From positions 11,222,001 to 11,286,000 of the forward strand of contig NC_092674.1 of NCBI RefSeq assembly GCF_964355755.1: a stretch of 64,000 nucleotides of DNA, written 5' to 3'. Origin of the DNA: Antedon mediterranea. Lineage: Eukaryota; Animalia; Echinodermata. Under the pieces are notes generated by a model. It searched no databases, had not been told where the DNA came from, and saw nothing but the letters and a program-made list of their open reading frames with translations. Shown piece by piece: positions 52,119 to 64,000 of this stretch (positions are counted from its first letter, which is position 1; every line of letters starts with the position of its first letter). The position numbers and the translations under genes were made by a program.

Positions 52119-55100
52119 CCTTCTGGATACATCACTGAATTAATACAAGACCTGTTTATAAGACTTTCTTTGATGATATACAGTAAGGTTCTCATGAGTG
52201 ACATAGTGGTACATCAGTCCAGGCCTACAGTATACATATTTTATCTCGTTTTCCACGATGCGTTCTTCATTAAGTAAACATACATTATCGTACCTGAGAC
52301 AGTCTTCTAGTTGCTTGATAAGGTAGAACCCTGATAACAATTCAAGCATTAGTAACAGCTTTAGACTGATCATTGTACAAATATTGAGAAAGCCCACAGG
52401 GGTAGTCCTAAAATCTTTACACAAACATTGTAATGCAAAAATACACTGGTTTTAATACCTGTTTACGTTTGTGAATAATACATTATTTACAAATATTATT
52501 TGTAAATATTTATTATAACATTACCGAATATTAATTTATCATAAAGTATATAGGCCTATATAAGTTTTTAAATATTTAATTTACATTTTACATTAATAAG
52601 CTAATTTATTCTTTCAGATTCATGACTCAAGTAACTGACTGTAGGGCTTCTTTTTCCCTAGATGGAGTACAGTTTGTTTATTATTTGTTTTATACACAAC
52701 ATTAACTTGGATTTTACTCAAGTACCAAATTGTGTATGACATTATCTGGACTTCTTTCAAGGCACTTAACACAATCACATTCCATTACAAAAAGCTGCCG
52801 TGCAATAGAACAATTAATAGATCTTTCATGTAATAAAACTATAGTAGAAAAACCCTTACTTTGGGACATAGTTATTCTGGGGCGGACATCCCTATAAAGC
52901 GTAGATCCCACATTTAGTGATGCAAGCGAAGTATTGATGGAAAGTGTTGTGCGTAATCACAAATGGGAACAACAACATAACAGTGCTGCAAACAGTTGCT
53001 AAGGAAATAAATTAAGATTTCATGCAACAGCGTAAGAAAAATGCACAAGAGAAACATAGCATTACGCAGGTTGAACAAGTCATGGTCTACGCAGCAACAA
53101 ACGTTGATGCAACCAAGCTGGTTTGATTTCACATTGACGGGGAAAGCACAATTACTGGAAGGGAATTTTCATATGTTGCATTGGTTACATTACGTCATGT
53201 CGCTGGTGAGAACGATGATTTTAGAGAACACTTTTCATGAAACAAACAAAGCAGAAATAGATGCTTTAACAAGTGATACTTAGAAGACACCCCTATTTAG
53301 GGGACTTCCCCATTAAGGGGGAACTTTGGTGACGTTTTGAATATGTACTGTACCCTTAATAGTCGTTCTACTGTGATGTGATAAGAGATTAACCAATCAA
53401 TTGGCATGGATACACCTAGGTGTGTTATAAATCAAAATGATGACTAAGACACTATTTACCTGTATTAACATCCTAGAAAAAAAAATAGTAATACAATACA
53501 TTCATTTTAATTAAACAGGTCTTTGTTAACAGACTACAATATGAAAATGAAAGAGGAACTTCAAACAAATTTAATTCAAAATGAAACTCTTTTTACATCT
53601 TCAAGTAAAAAAAAGGAAGGGTTAATGTTTAATTACAACGTACAATTGTCTTCCATCCTATGAACTTAAAGTTAGAAGCAGCTATATAAAAATATTGTTT
53701 GTTTAGAACGTTGAAAAAAACGAAACTGTAATTAAATAAGGAAATAAAAATGTGCTTTGTTGATAAGCCATGTGGTGACCTAATTTGAACATTTAATAAT
53801 ATGCTAAATACTAACAAAACATTACAAACTGGTGGTGCAGGAAGGTGTTAATGCCTAAGGGTTTGTTCAGGCTCACAGCCTTAGGGTTGTTATCTATCGC
53901 TATAGTTCCGACACAAAAATATGTATTCCGCGTACATAACGCTACAAGTCTGAACATAGCCATAGCTAAGAATATAGTCAAAAGTGCTGTAACTAACAGA
54001 CATTTTAGTGTCGTTCGGTTAGCTTTTTCACTTTTTACATTATAGGTATATATTTTTAACTTTGTGAACAAAACATTAAAGCGAATATCCAGGAATAGAT
54101 GGATCAGATATTGTTTGAGACACATGAGTCTTAATATTTCTTAAAACCACAAAGTAAAGTAATTATTGAAGGGTTAATTATCAAAGGGTATAAAGCTAAA
54201 CAACCATATCAATAGGAGTGTCCCTTGAATAAGGGTTACCCCTTAGTGTTCTTCTATCTTGTTTGTTACATGGACTGAATACAGTATAAATGTTCACAAA
54301 GGAATTGTTGTATTGAATTTGTATAAGATTTTTCAATAGATCATCAATAAAAACAATATCAAAACTTAGTATAAAAAAAACTGTAGTATAATACTGTAAT
54401 AAAAAAGGTACCGTAATCAACATTTTGAATGTTAACTTATTTAGTTATGATTAAAGTGAGTCCCCTCACTCATAAGACAGGAAAACAATGTGCTACTATT
54501 GTCGCAGACAAGGTCAAGTTAATAATAGAATGTCCTAGATATTCTAATTTACTTAAATGACGTTGAATTGTTAATCAATTTCCTACACTAGAAACTCAGG
54601 AAATTCATACTTTGCGTTTTGACAAAATCAAAATATTGAATTTAATATAATTTGCAACAAAGTTCAAATTTAAATATTCTTTCTATTTTTGGCTTTTGGC
54701 TATCTTTACCCTCAATTGAAAATAGGGTATTATATATTATTATTCCTTAAACTAAAAAAATATCCTAATATGTAAGCCCACACTGGGCATACTTCTGGAA
54801 AATTTTAGATTGTATTTTTTGCGCTGTCCTCAATTTCTTTCTTATGGAGCAAGGCTTCAATATGACAGATCTTATTGCAGTTTTGTTGAGTAGAAGAGAT
54901 GGTTCAGACTAGGGCTTGTTTTTGTTTTGACGCCAATTAGTTTGAGGTTGTAGCAATGAAATTCATTTGCTTGTCAATAAAAAAAGTTGTAAAGTTGTTT
55001 AAATGGCTATCCTAACAATTAATTCAAAACTTCTATAATTTTAAAAGTCAAAGAAAGTCAGGTCTTTGGTCCATTCTATAGTCATCCCAGGATTCCATCA

Positions 55101-56835
55101 GTACTTCTATGAATGGATGATTAGTTGGGGAACATTAACACTAGGTGATTATACCCAGTATCGTTTTGATTGTACAATCATTCGGGAAAAAACCTCACAA
55201 CAAACTTAAATGGCCGTGAAATTGTGAACACTATTAAACAGAAAAGTGATAAATAATTCAATCATTGACCATTTTGCAGCAAGTATAGACACAACTGGGA
55301 TCTTCATGAGGTGTTACACAATTCTCCAGCAATTAATAGATAATTAATTTATTCACACAAATAATAACATAAATAAATGATTACATCTGTGGACATGGTC
55401 AGTGGCATATCTTTTGAGATACTGTATGCTAACGGCTATGAGCGCTCACTGGCTAAACCTCAAGCTTACAGGGCCCCCGGAGCATGGCCAGAGGAAGAAA
55501 TACGGGCAATAAAATATTTCAAAAAAGGATAAAAATGCTTGAGGTCTCCAGCCACTGGCCATATGAAACTGTGTACAGATTTTTCAAGTTTTATGTAACC
55601 TGCACATTTCTTAAGGCCTACATAAACTTTGACTAGTCTACTGTAACTACCTTCTAAGGCCCATGCCATGCGGAATTGAGAGGTTTACTGTACAGTACCT
55701 TATTAATGGAGCAAAATGCATAGAAAAACTGATCTGATTTGTGTATTTCTAATTTTCTTAAAACGTGAAATATAAGGTGAAATATAGAAGGGTTGTGTGT
55801 GCTTCTAAATTTGCCTTTGAACCCTCCGATTGATACAAGAATAAGTTAAAAATGATATCGTACTTACGTTGATTCTAGTGACTCGTTTTGCACTTCAGCT
55901 AGAGAAAGCTGTAAGAAAATAAATTTAATACATAAAGAAACTAGATTTCTGAAACTTAGTCGATAATAATAAATGATTACTACAGATTAAACGTTATTAG
56001 ACCAGTCTAGGTTCAATAAAACTTGCTCGTTAATTGATAAATTAGTTGTGTTTATGTAGAACATGTTAAACTTCCTTCATACATCGTCTGTTGATAGGAT
56101 TTAATCCACCTTGCAAATTCAATTACTGAGTTTATAAAATAAGAAGTTATTAATCATAATCTAACATTGCTTTCCACAGACACTTAATCTACTTTGGGAT
56201 CTGCGTCCATTCATCAACCTTAATTGTAATCTTACAAAAATTAAAAGTGAAGCTAAACATATTTCAAAGTTCAAAAAAGTAATATTGTCAAATATATTCT
56301 TCTTCCAATTATAGATCTTTCAAATTAAATATATGTTCAATTACAGATAATTGTTTTAATGTATTAAAATGTCCAGTTATGGACCAATAAAGAATCTTGA
56401 TTAAAGTATTGCTTTAATACTTATAATATCAAATATACTCTTAAATACTTTAAATATTATATACTTAAATTTAAATGAATCTCATATACTTTAATCAAAG
56501 AACTTTGTATTATTAAATACATTCTCTAAATAAATGCTAACTATTAAACACTCTTAAATATTTATTAAACAAACTCTTATAAGATGCTATTTATAAATTC
56601 ATTAACTATTAAACAGTAAATCTATTGGAATCAATGGAATATATATGAAATTTGCCCAAAAGCCATACTTAATTGGATAAATGTTGATATGTCAAAAAAA
56701 TATATTTTAAAATATTCTTTTACAGACTTAGCTGTCTTTAGAGTCTCTTGTTAATGTTGTTGGGAAGTAAAATGTTTAAATTCGGAATCGGAAATAAATA
56801 TGTACAAAAAAAAACCAACCAAATAAATTAATATA

Positions 56836-56902
56836 CAGTAGAATTCCTATTATAAAGACCATTAAAGTGTCCTCTGAATAGTGGTTCCCTGAAGTTCTAC
56901 TG
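56836..56902. mobile_element. 67-bp Tc1/pogo-like MITE remnant
   Basis: TA-CAGTAGAA ... TTCTACTG-TA; related GGGACAC/CCTATT fragments near 2140-2187, 24483-24649, 34005-34105, 43490-43577, 53285-53373 and 63645-63785. Confidence 0.65.
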
Positions 56903-58984
56903 TAGCTAATAGCAGTAGATACACTATTATAATGTGTTAGTTCATTAACAACATGAATAATTTAGTGTATATACCAACAAATTAAACAATTTTATTTAGA
57001 TAAATATATCAATTTTCAATTCCTTCATGCAGACTGGGAAAGATGAGAACTCCACAAAACAACTTATGACCATTTGGTGGTCCCTCGCGCTCAAAATAAA
57101 TCTAGCTATTCTATCCCAAAATCAATTTGAGCCTGACATTTTTTGGATCAAGAGTTGTTTTTGGAGAATATTCCAATAGGACTAAAAAATATATTTAACT
57201 TTCTGTCCAGTTTGGTTTTACTGGATAACGATAAAACTTGTGTGTGTCATAATATTTTGCATTAGTTCTCTGTATCGCAGACAACTTGGCAAGTTAAACT
57301 TTCTTGAAACAGCAATCCGTAACTGACAAACTAACCAAGAGAAAGTTATCGTTTGCACTGAATTTTTAGTGAAATTAACCATTCTTCTGGTTAGTTTTAT
57401 CAAAGAAAGTCCATTGCGTTTGGGACTATGAGGTGTAATATATGAAAATGAAATACTGTTTTTTCTTCTTGATGTATTTAGTTATTATTATTGAATATGA
57501 AAGATAGTATAATTACATTTTCCAGACATCAATAGAAAAAGAAGAAAATCCTTAGTAATAGGATTTTAAGAAAGGGGATCAAGTTTCAATCAGTTCATGA
57601 AGTGAAACATAATTGTGAAGGACTGAACCCATTCCAGTCAATACTTTCAATTATCTTGAGCTCACATGTCGGTTTTTTAAAGAATGTATCTTATTTTAAA
57701 GTATAATTATGGTTTAGTGTTAATGGGTAAACGGCGAAGATAAAAAATGAGATGAGACCATAAAAGTTGATGTCGCTGCCGCCAAGATACAACCTCTGCT
57801 TCATGAACAGTGGTGTCAAATCTGATTGGATAAACAACAATATTAGGCCAACTTTCTTGTAATACTGTGTAGTAAATTAGTATTCTTAAAATAAACTTTA
57901 GCTCTAGTTCGAATTACAAATTCAATCTTAAAATACATGTATGACCTTATCAAAAAAATATACCAAAGAATATCTGACTATGGTTTTAACAAACTAAATA
58001 TTTCATTTATGATGTAACCTGTGAATATTTAACCAATTCAATAATGGTCACCTTTATTTTATCTTTATAACCAGTATTGGCAATTAGCTTGCTTAGACTA
58101 AAAAATCAGCCCAAATCCATTTAAAACATTGTCATGGCGGGCTTGATTTAGTTACAGAATTAATTAAATATGAAATCCTTTTGAAGTTTTATCATTAGAA
58201 ATCCAAACAAAATTTGTGTACTTTTCCAGATACAGTTTTAGTAATCCAGATTTTTTCACAATGTTTTATGAAATATGAATACTAATTATGAAACATCTGA
58301 AAAAAATAAATACCTAATATGTCATTTGCTTTCAATGTAGTGTATCTACAAATTATAATAAATCTGTCACTTAACTAAAAAAGGATGTCAGAGGTTGGAA
58401 CATTTTAAACATTTTTTTTGCCCATAGGTTTAAGGCCTCACGTTAATTAAACTGTGTAGTTGAAGATTTTTTCTTAGACATTAAGACATTTCCTAGCCAA
58501 AGGGCAACACTCTAAAGTCAAAAGAGCAAGTCTAATCACTTTAGCCTACAGTTAAATTCTATGTATCTCTCATGTACATTCATTAAAATTGAGAGAGAAA
58601 TTAGTAAACAAATGGCAACTGAATCAACAGAGAACAGGAAGCAATAGATTTATATTTATTAATTGGAAAGGATATATTGAATTTAAAAAATACATGAATA
58701 CTTAATTATAGAAATAAAAACACTTTTAAATTCTGCCTTCTAATGGCTTCATGGGACACAAAAACCATTAATAATTTATCCAAATAATTATATCTATCAT
58801 GCTTATAATTTCAGATATATTTTTTAGAGTAATGCAAAAGATAGGACATCAAATTAAGCTGAGCCCTTTATTTCACAATTGTTATGCCCTGGGCCCGCCC
58901 TATTTGAAAATCCTGGATCCACCACTGTGTATAGTAAAAGTTTAATTTATACGTGCGTAGCCTGTTTTGAGTTGAAAAGTAAGT

Positions 58985-59103
58985 CAAGAAAACAGAAATC
59001 TGTCAAAAAGAGTGCGTATTAACATTTAACGCGCAGTACCCGTGTACCCAACCAACCGACCGACATAGTGAGCTGTAGAGTCGCGTTGCACGCGACTAAA
59101 AAT
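58985..59103 (-). mobile_element. 5' end of a Helentron-type (HINE/DINE/pearl-like) element
   Basis: Minus strand TTTTT-AGTCGCG-TGCAA-CGCGACT-CTACAG.. followed by a GTCG/GTTG tetranucleotide tract; left boundary uncertain. Confidence 0.7.
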
Positions 59104-59774
59104 ACTATATTCTGCAAGTGATAAGACAAAAATCAGTATATTTGAAGGTAACATTATATAAGTTAAAACTAAAAAAAAATGTTCATGCATGAATGTATCC
59201 ATAGTTGTATCTGCTTAGACCTGATGATCAGTATTTTTTGTTGTGTCTGAACACCTGGACTTTTAACACTACGGAGGATTACCGTACACCTTGCATTAGA
59301 TAACAAACCTACTGTGAGTCTGAACATACCCTAAGACTTGAAAAGACAAGATATAGTTAAAATAATATACTTACAGAATAGCATCTATATTAAGCAAAAT
59401 CAGTTTTTTAAAATTTGATTTACTGCGGGAACAAAATTAAAAGCTGCAAAAATACTACTGGAAATTTGCAGGAAAGAATAAACAGCTCTAGCAGGGTATA
59501 ATGAGATGTGTGTTCTATGAATCACAATAAATATAATAGACATTTTGAGCAAACAACACTTGAATGACTTTCTTGAATATATAAGGGTTAAAAAAGGGAA
59601 AATCCCAAATCACTACACTTTAATAGCCTACAAGGAAATACCAAGGTGCTACATCATTGGTTAGATATAATATTGTTCCAATGTGTTATCGTTTTACTAG
59701 TTTTGCGATTTATGAAATAAGACAATCATAATGCTGATTGTTTTTCAAAGTAAAAACAAAAATAGGGTTTTATA

Positions 59775-60210
59775 AGCCCAGTTTCTGCTGCCAATCCCAA
59801 ATACCGTATAAATATACCGTATAAATATACCGTATATATACCGTATATGAAATTCGTGCACCGTTTTCCGCTGCACATACTTCGTGGGTGGGCTGTAAAA
59901 AAGTTGGCTTTCATTACCCAAAATGCATTTCGTGAGATGGAAGTATGGATTGACCTCTAGAGTCTCGCGTAGTGGGCCAGGTCACATATACGGTATATTT
60001 TGAGTGCAGCAGAAACGGGGTACGAAATATACGGTATATTTTGGAATATACCGTATAATATCCACAAACGATGGGGATATTTATGCGGTATATATACCGC
60101 ATATATATACGGTATATTTTTTATGAGACCCGTTTCTGCTGCCAAAAAATATACCGTATATAAAATATACCGTATATATACGGTATATTTTTGGCAGCAG
60201 AAACGGGGCC
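59775..60210. mobile_element. PIF/Harbinger-like MITE (436 bp) related to 22373-23181, without the Myb ORF
   Basis: TIRs AGCCCAGTTTCTGCTGCCAA / TTGGCAGCAGAAACGGGGCC; ATA on both sides; dense ATACCGTAT repeats and internal TIR-like copies. A solo end occurs at ~63243-63271. Confidence 0.88.
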
Positions 60211-62941
60211 ATAGTTGTTTAAACAAATCAAACTAAAAAATAAAATGTTGGAAAGGTCTTTAAAAAAAGGTTATCTGCAATTGGAGAGTAATCATAATAA
60301 CAATAGTACAGTAGAAAGAAATGTACAAATCTACAATTTGCTATTTAAAGTAGATGTGAAAAAAATAAAACATTTCTTAATTCTATACGAAATACTGTAG
60401 TGTAAATATATTAATAATAATAATAAATAATGCCCCTTGAAAAACCTGCATTGAGAACACCTTGAAAGACATAATCAGGATCAATAGTTAAGGTTTTCTA
60501 TAGATAAACATCTTGTAAATGGAGAGATGCAAATTTTCAAAACCTACCAAGTCTTATGCTGAGAATTGTCTATCAATACAATGTACAAAATAGAACTTCA
60601 AATTTAAAAATAAGAAGAGTCTTTAAGGTTTTTACCTTTTGGTGTGGTCTCACTTCAGCCAGTTTTAAAACTTGGCATATCTGATTTTCCAACCAGAATC
60701 TAAATAAAATCTACCGAGACTCTAGATATAAAAGCTACATATAAAAGCTAGATGAAAACAGTATCTCTCCAGCTCTTACTACTGTCTTTCCAATAAACAA
60801 ATTACAGGCATTATTTACACAATATATTAAAATCCAGCACAGAACAAATTCGACAAACGACTATTCAAAGCAGTGAAGAGATTACTTGGAAATCTCAAGA
60901 GAGAAGGCAAATAAATCTCGTTAAATATCATAGTACAAATCAAGAGATGTTTAATCATATAATTTTCATGATGGGTCTGATCTCTTAAGGTTTTTTGACA
61001 ATAGGTTTTGTTTTGAAAATAAAATGATATGATTGATTATAAACAAATATAAATGTGTTTACATGATACTAGAGTTAACTTCATTTGATGCATGCTTAAG
61101 CTGAACCGAACATCCTAGCGATCATTTAACTTTCAGGGTAGGCCTATCAGAAGATATAATTTTGATCACATCAGGTTAAACAGCAATTTAACTCCGAAAA
61201 AAGAGTGTGTAATAGCTTGTATGTTCCACATTGCATTATAAGAACAAGGATCAGAAAGTCTGGGTATCAAACTTACTTAATATCTTCTAGTCAACGTAAA
61301 GGGAAGTCGCAATGTTTCTTCAAAATTTTCAGGGTGAATTGTTTAATACAGACCTAAGTGAAGGTAGGAGTGGGAATGAGAGACGAACTGCCCTGGGTCA
61401 AAATGTCTTGATTTCCACGTTCAGATGACAACACGTAGGCCCTAGATCATCACAAATCAAAAGCCTCATTATGAAATTAATGTATAACAAAATGAACATT
61501 AGATAGATATTTCCACCAATACTTAGGTGTTTTATGTAATATAAATAGGCCTGTGTAAATTTGCAGACATAGCTGTTTTGTGACTAATTTTATAATTGAT
61601 TTTTACGGTAATGATGATAATAATATTTAATACACACAATTTGTAAATAGATGATTAAAATTAAACTGTTTAGAATATTGAAGATGTACACTATCTATGG
61701 AAGCTTACCTTACCATGTGGTTCATAACATACCAACCCAATTACAAGGAAGCTAAGATTAGGCTAGAAACAGGAAACACAACTTCCAGGCCGTAACATTC
61801 CCTTAAACACTGTTTAAAAAAACGGACCAATCAGGTGCGCATTTATTGTATTCTCTGAGGGAGTCTACAGTAAATACAATGTTGTAGGACGATAGGTTAC
61901 TCAGGAGTGTCTAAATGAGTGTAACATGGTTGAATGAACGCAATGCAGCAATAGGGACATCTACAAAAAGGGGTTTAAGAGGTTAAATATATAGGTCGTC
62001 AAGATAAGAGGTACTTGGTGGCTATGTTTATAAAGCATTGTGTTTATTTCTTTGTATTATATTTATAGAAATATATATTTTTTTTTCTGAGACTAGAAAT
62101 GGCACTACTGACAATAAACAACTTAAAAAAATGTATTGGTATCTCAAATGTAAAAATCGGTTTCTGTGGATTTGGCTACAACACAATTTGACCTCACTTC
62201 AGAAGGTCACTGACTGGCGCGAACATTTGACTACTCTCTGGATAATAATGATTTCATTACACAACCAACCACGAATGATCACTAACGAAAAAACGGCTTT
62301 ATTTTGACTACAATATAAGTTGCAACGTGATCAGTTTCTCAAAAAGCCATTAAAAAATGTCAGCAGAAACAGACCCTTTGTGTAAATGTATTTTTCCAAT
62401 TAACAATTTTCATAACATAACATTTAAAAATAAAAAACATAAGTATCAGGAGTTATGAAATTTTCATCATGAATGCAGAATTGTGGGAGATGGTTCGACA
62501 AGTGGAAAAAAATATGTCATGGCCAGTGCCCGTACACATTAATTACACTTATCGCATCGTTATGTTTACTAGAGTTAATGAATGGCAAATTTAACGTGGC
62601 TAAAGTTCCCAATAGGCATGTAAAGTTGTAATTTGCCAAGCCATGATGTGTTGACCAGTAGAGAATGTCTCTTTTGGTAGTATGGATGTAACGGAAGAAT
62701 TAGGTCATGAACATTTGATGGACATGGTGATTTTGAGCTAATTAAAAATTCTTCTTTCACATTTATAAATTACACATAATATATCGATCGAGAGATGGTT
62801 TTAAATAAATAGTGTAATAACTTTTACAATTATACCGTACTACTACTGTATAACATAAAATTACCTTTACACCATGGTATTGTTCAAATTCATAGCATAG
62901 ATAAAAACTCTTAAACACCCTCAAACAAAGTTCTTCATGAA

Positions 62942-63225
62942 AGCATGTGGCGGAGTGTATTGGATGTTGGATTACTGATCATGAGATTGATCGATCTCAC
63001 CACATTGCTTGTATCCTTTAGGCAAGACACTTTACTTATGCTTGCTTCTCTCCACTCAAGTGTATAAATGGGTACCCAGTTAGGTCAAGACACAACTTCG
63101 TACCGATTGCTAGATTCATTATGGAAGTATTTCCATACGTGTTTGATCAAAAAAATGACTGGGATAATATGTAAAGTGCTTAGAAGCATTGTGCAAAAGC
63201 GCTATATAAGAACGAAAATTATTAC
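62942..63225 (+). mobile_element. tRNA-derived CORE-type SINE with L2-like 3' tail
   Basis: Decayed tRNA head; core TATCCTTTAGGCAAGACACTTTAC..TCTCTCCACTCAAGTGTATAAATGGGTACC; tail TGTAAAGTGCTTAGA..AAGCGCTATATAAGAAC..ATTATTA. Confidence 0.8.
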
Positions 63226-64000
63226 ACATGCACAACAATATAGAGTATATTTTTGGCAGCAGAAACGAGCCATAACTTGATCAGTTTGCTTAATGATAAA
63301 CATGACAGGTAAGGATCAAACTGGTCATAACAGAAAAAATAAAAACAGTTGATGAAAACCTAATCAGACAAGTATCCTACAGTTAAGTATTGTTAGGACA
63401 GGAAGTACTTAAAAGTTAAAAAAGTAATTGAATTTGATAATCTGGATTGATAAAGCATCTTTGAAGCAGGCAGAAATGTTGATTGACAGTCTGTCAACGT
63501 CAATCACTTGATAGGAGATGGCAACACGACGTCACAACAAAAATATGAAAATGTCATGTCTCATCCAGACATTTTTAGGACTGGGACTTCAGAACCGAAA
63601 GCTTTTAAAGCTTTATATCTCAACATGCATATTTAGAAAAAAGTATAGAAGAGCCTCTCCTTTTGGATACCTATTCAGGGGACACGACTATTAAGGGTAC
63701 ACAAACAAGGAGCAATGTATATTACGCTACAACTAACACCTATTCAGGAGGAACCCTACTCAGGGGGCACCCTATTCGGGGTACTATGCTATCAATCGAT
63801 AATGTCAATCATTATCACTATGTATTATAGTTTTCACATACATCCATGTAAGCATGGCACTTCTTGTCTTGTACTTTCTTATCCAAAGCAGGCAATCTAT
63901 GGCTGTGTTTATACAACACCCTAAATGTGAACACGTCCTTATTTTACACTGTAGTTACATTCAATGTGGAAAAAATCATGTAAATGTACACAATGCACAC

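Overview
AT-rich (roughly 30% GC by eye) eukaryotic non-coding DNA, most likely a large intron or intergenic region of an invertebrate animal. The Deu/Nin-domain and CORE-type SINEs plus abundant TAGGCCTA motifs suggest an echinoderm-like deuterostome (low confidence). I find no intact protein-coding gene. Almost all listed ORFs are chance ORFs or (GAT)n microsatellite read-throughs; the exception is a frameshifted Myb/SANT (trihelix-type) remnant inside a PIF/Harbinger-like element. The window is a dense record of non-autonomous mobile DNA: TTAA-flanked Kolobok-like MITEs, TA-flanked Tc1/pogo-like MITEs, Harbinger-like and MULE-like elements, Helentron-type (HINE/DINE-like) elements and tRNA-derived SINEs, including a four-element nest at 28.5-30.3 kb. 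Most interesting: (1) a ~430-bp element at 33.56-33.99 kb with ~75-bp direct repeats, a well-folding tRNA-like gene (anticodon ATC) and a predicted multi-stem RNA structure; (2) two different minimal, Penelope-type hammerhead ribozymes on the minus strand (19.3 and 24.3 kb), plus a core-deleted sister copy; (3) strong enrichment of TACAGTA/TACTGTA and AGGCCT words. All coordinates, counts and folds were read by hand.
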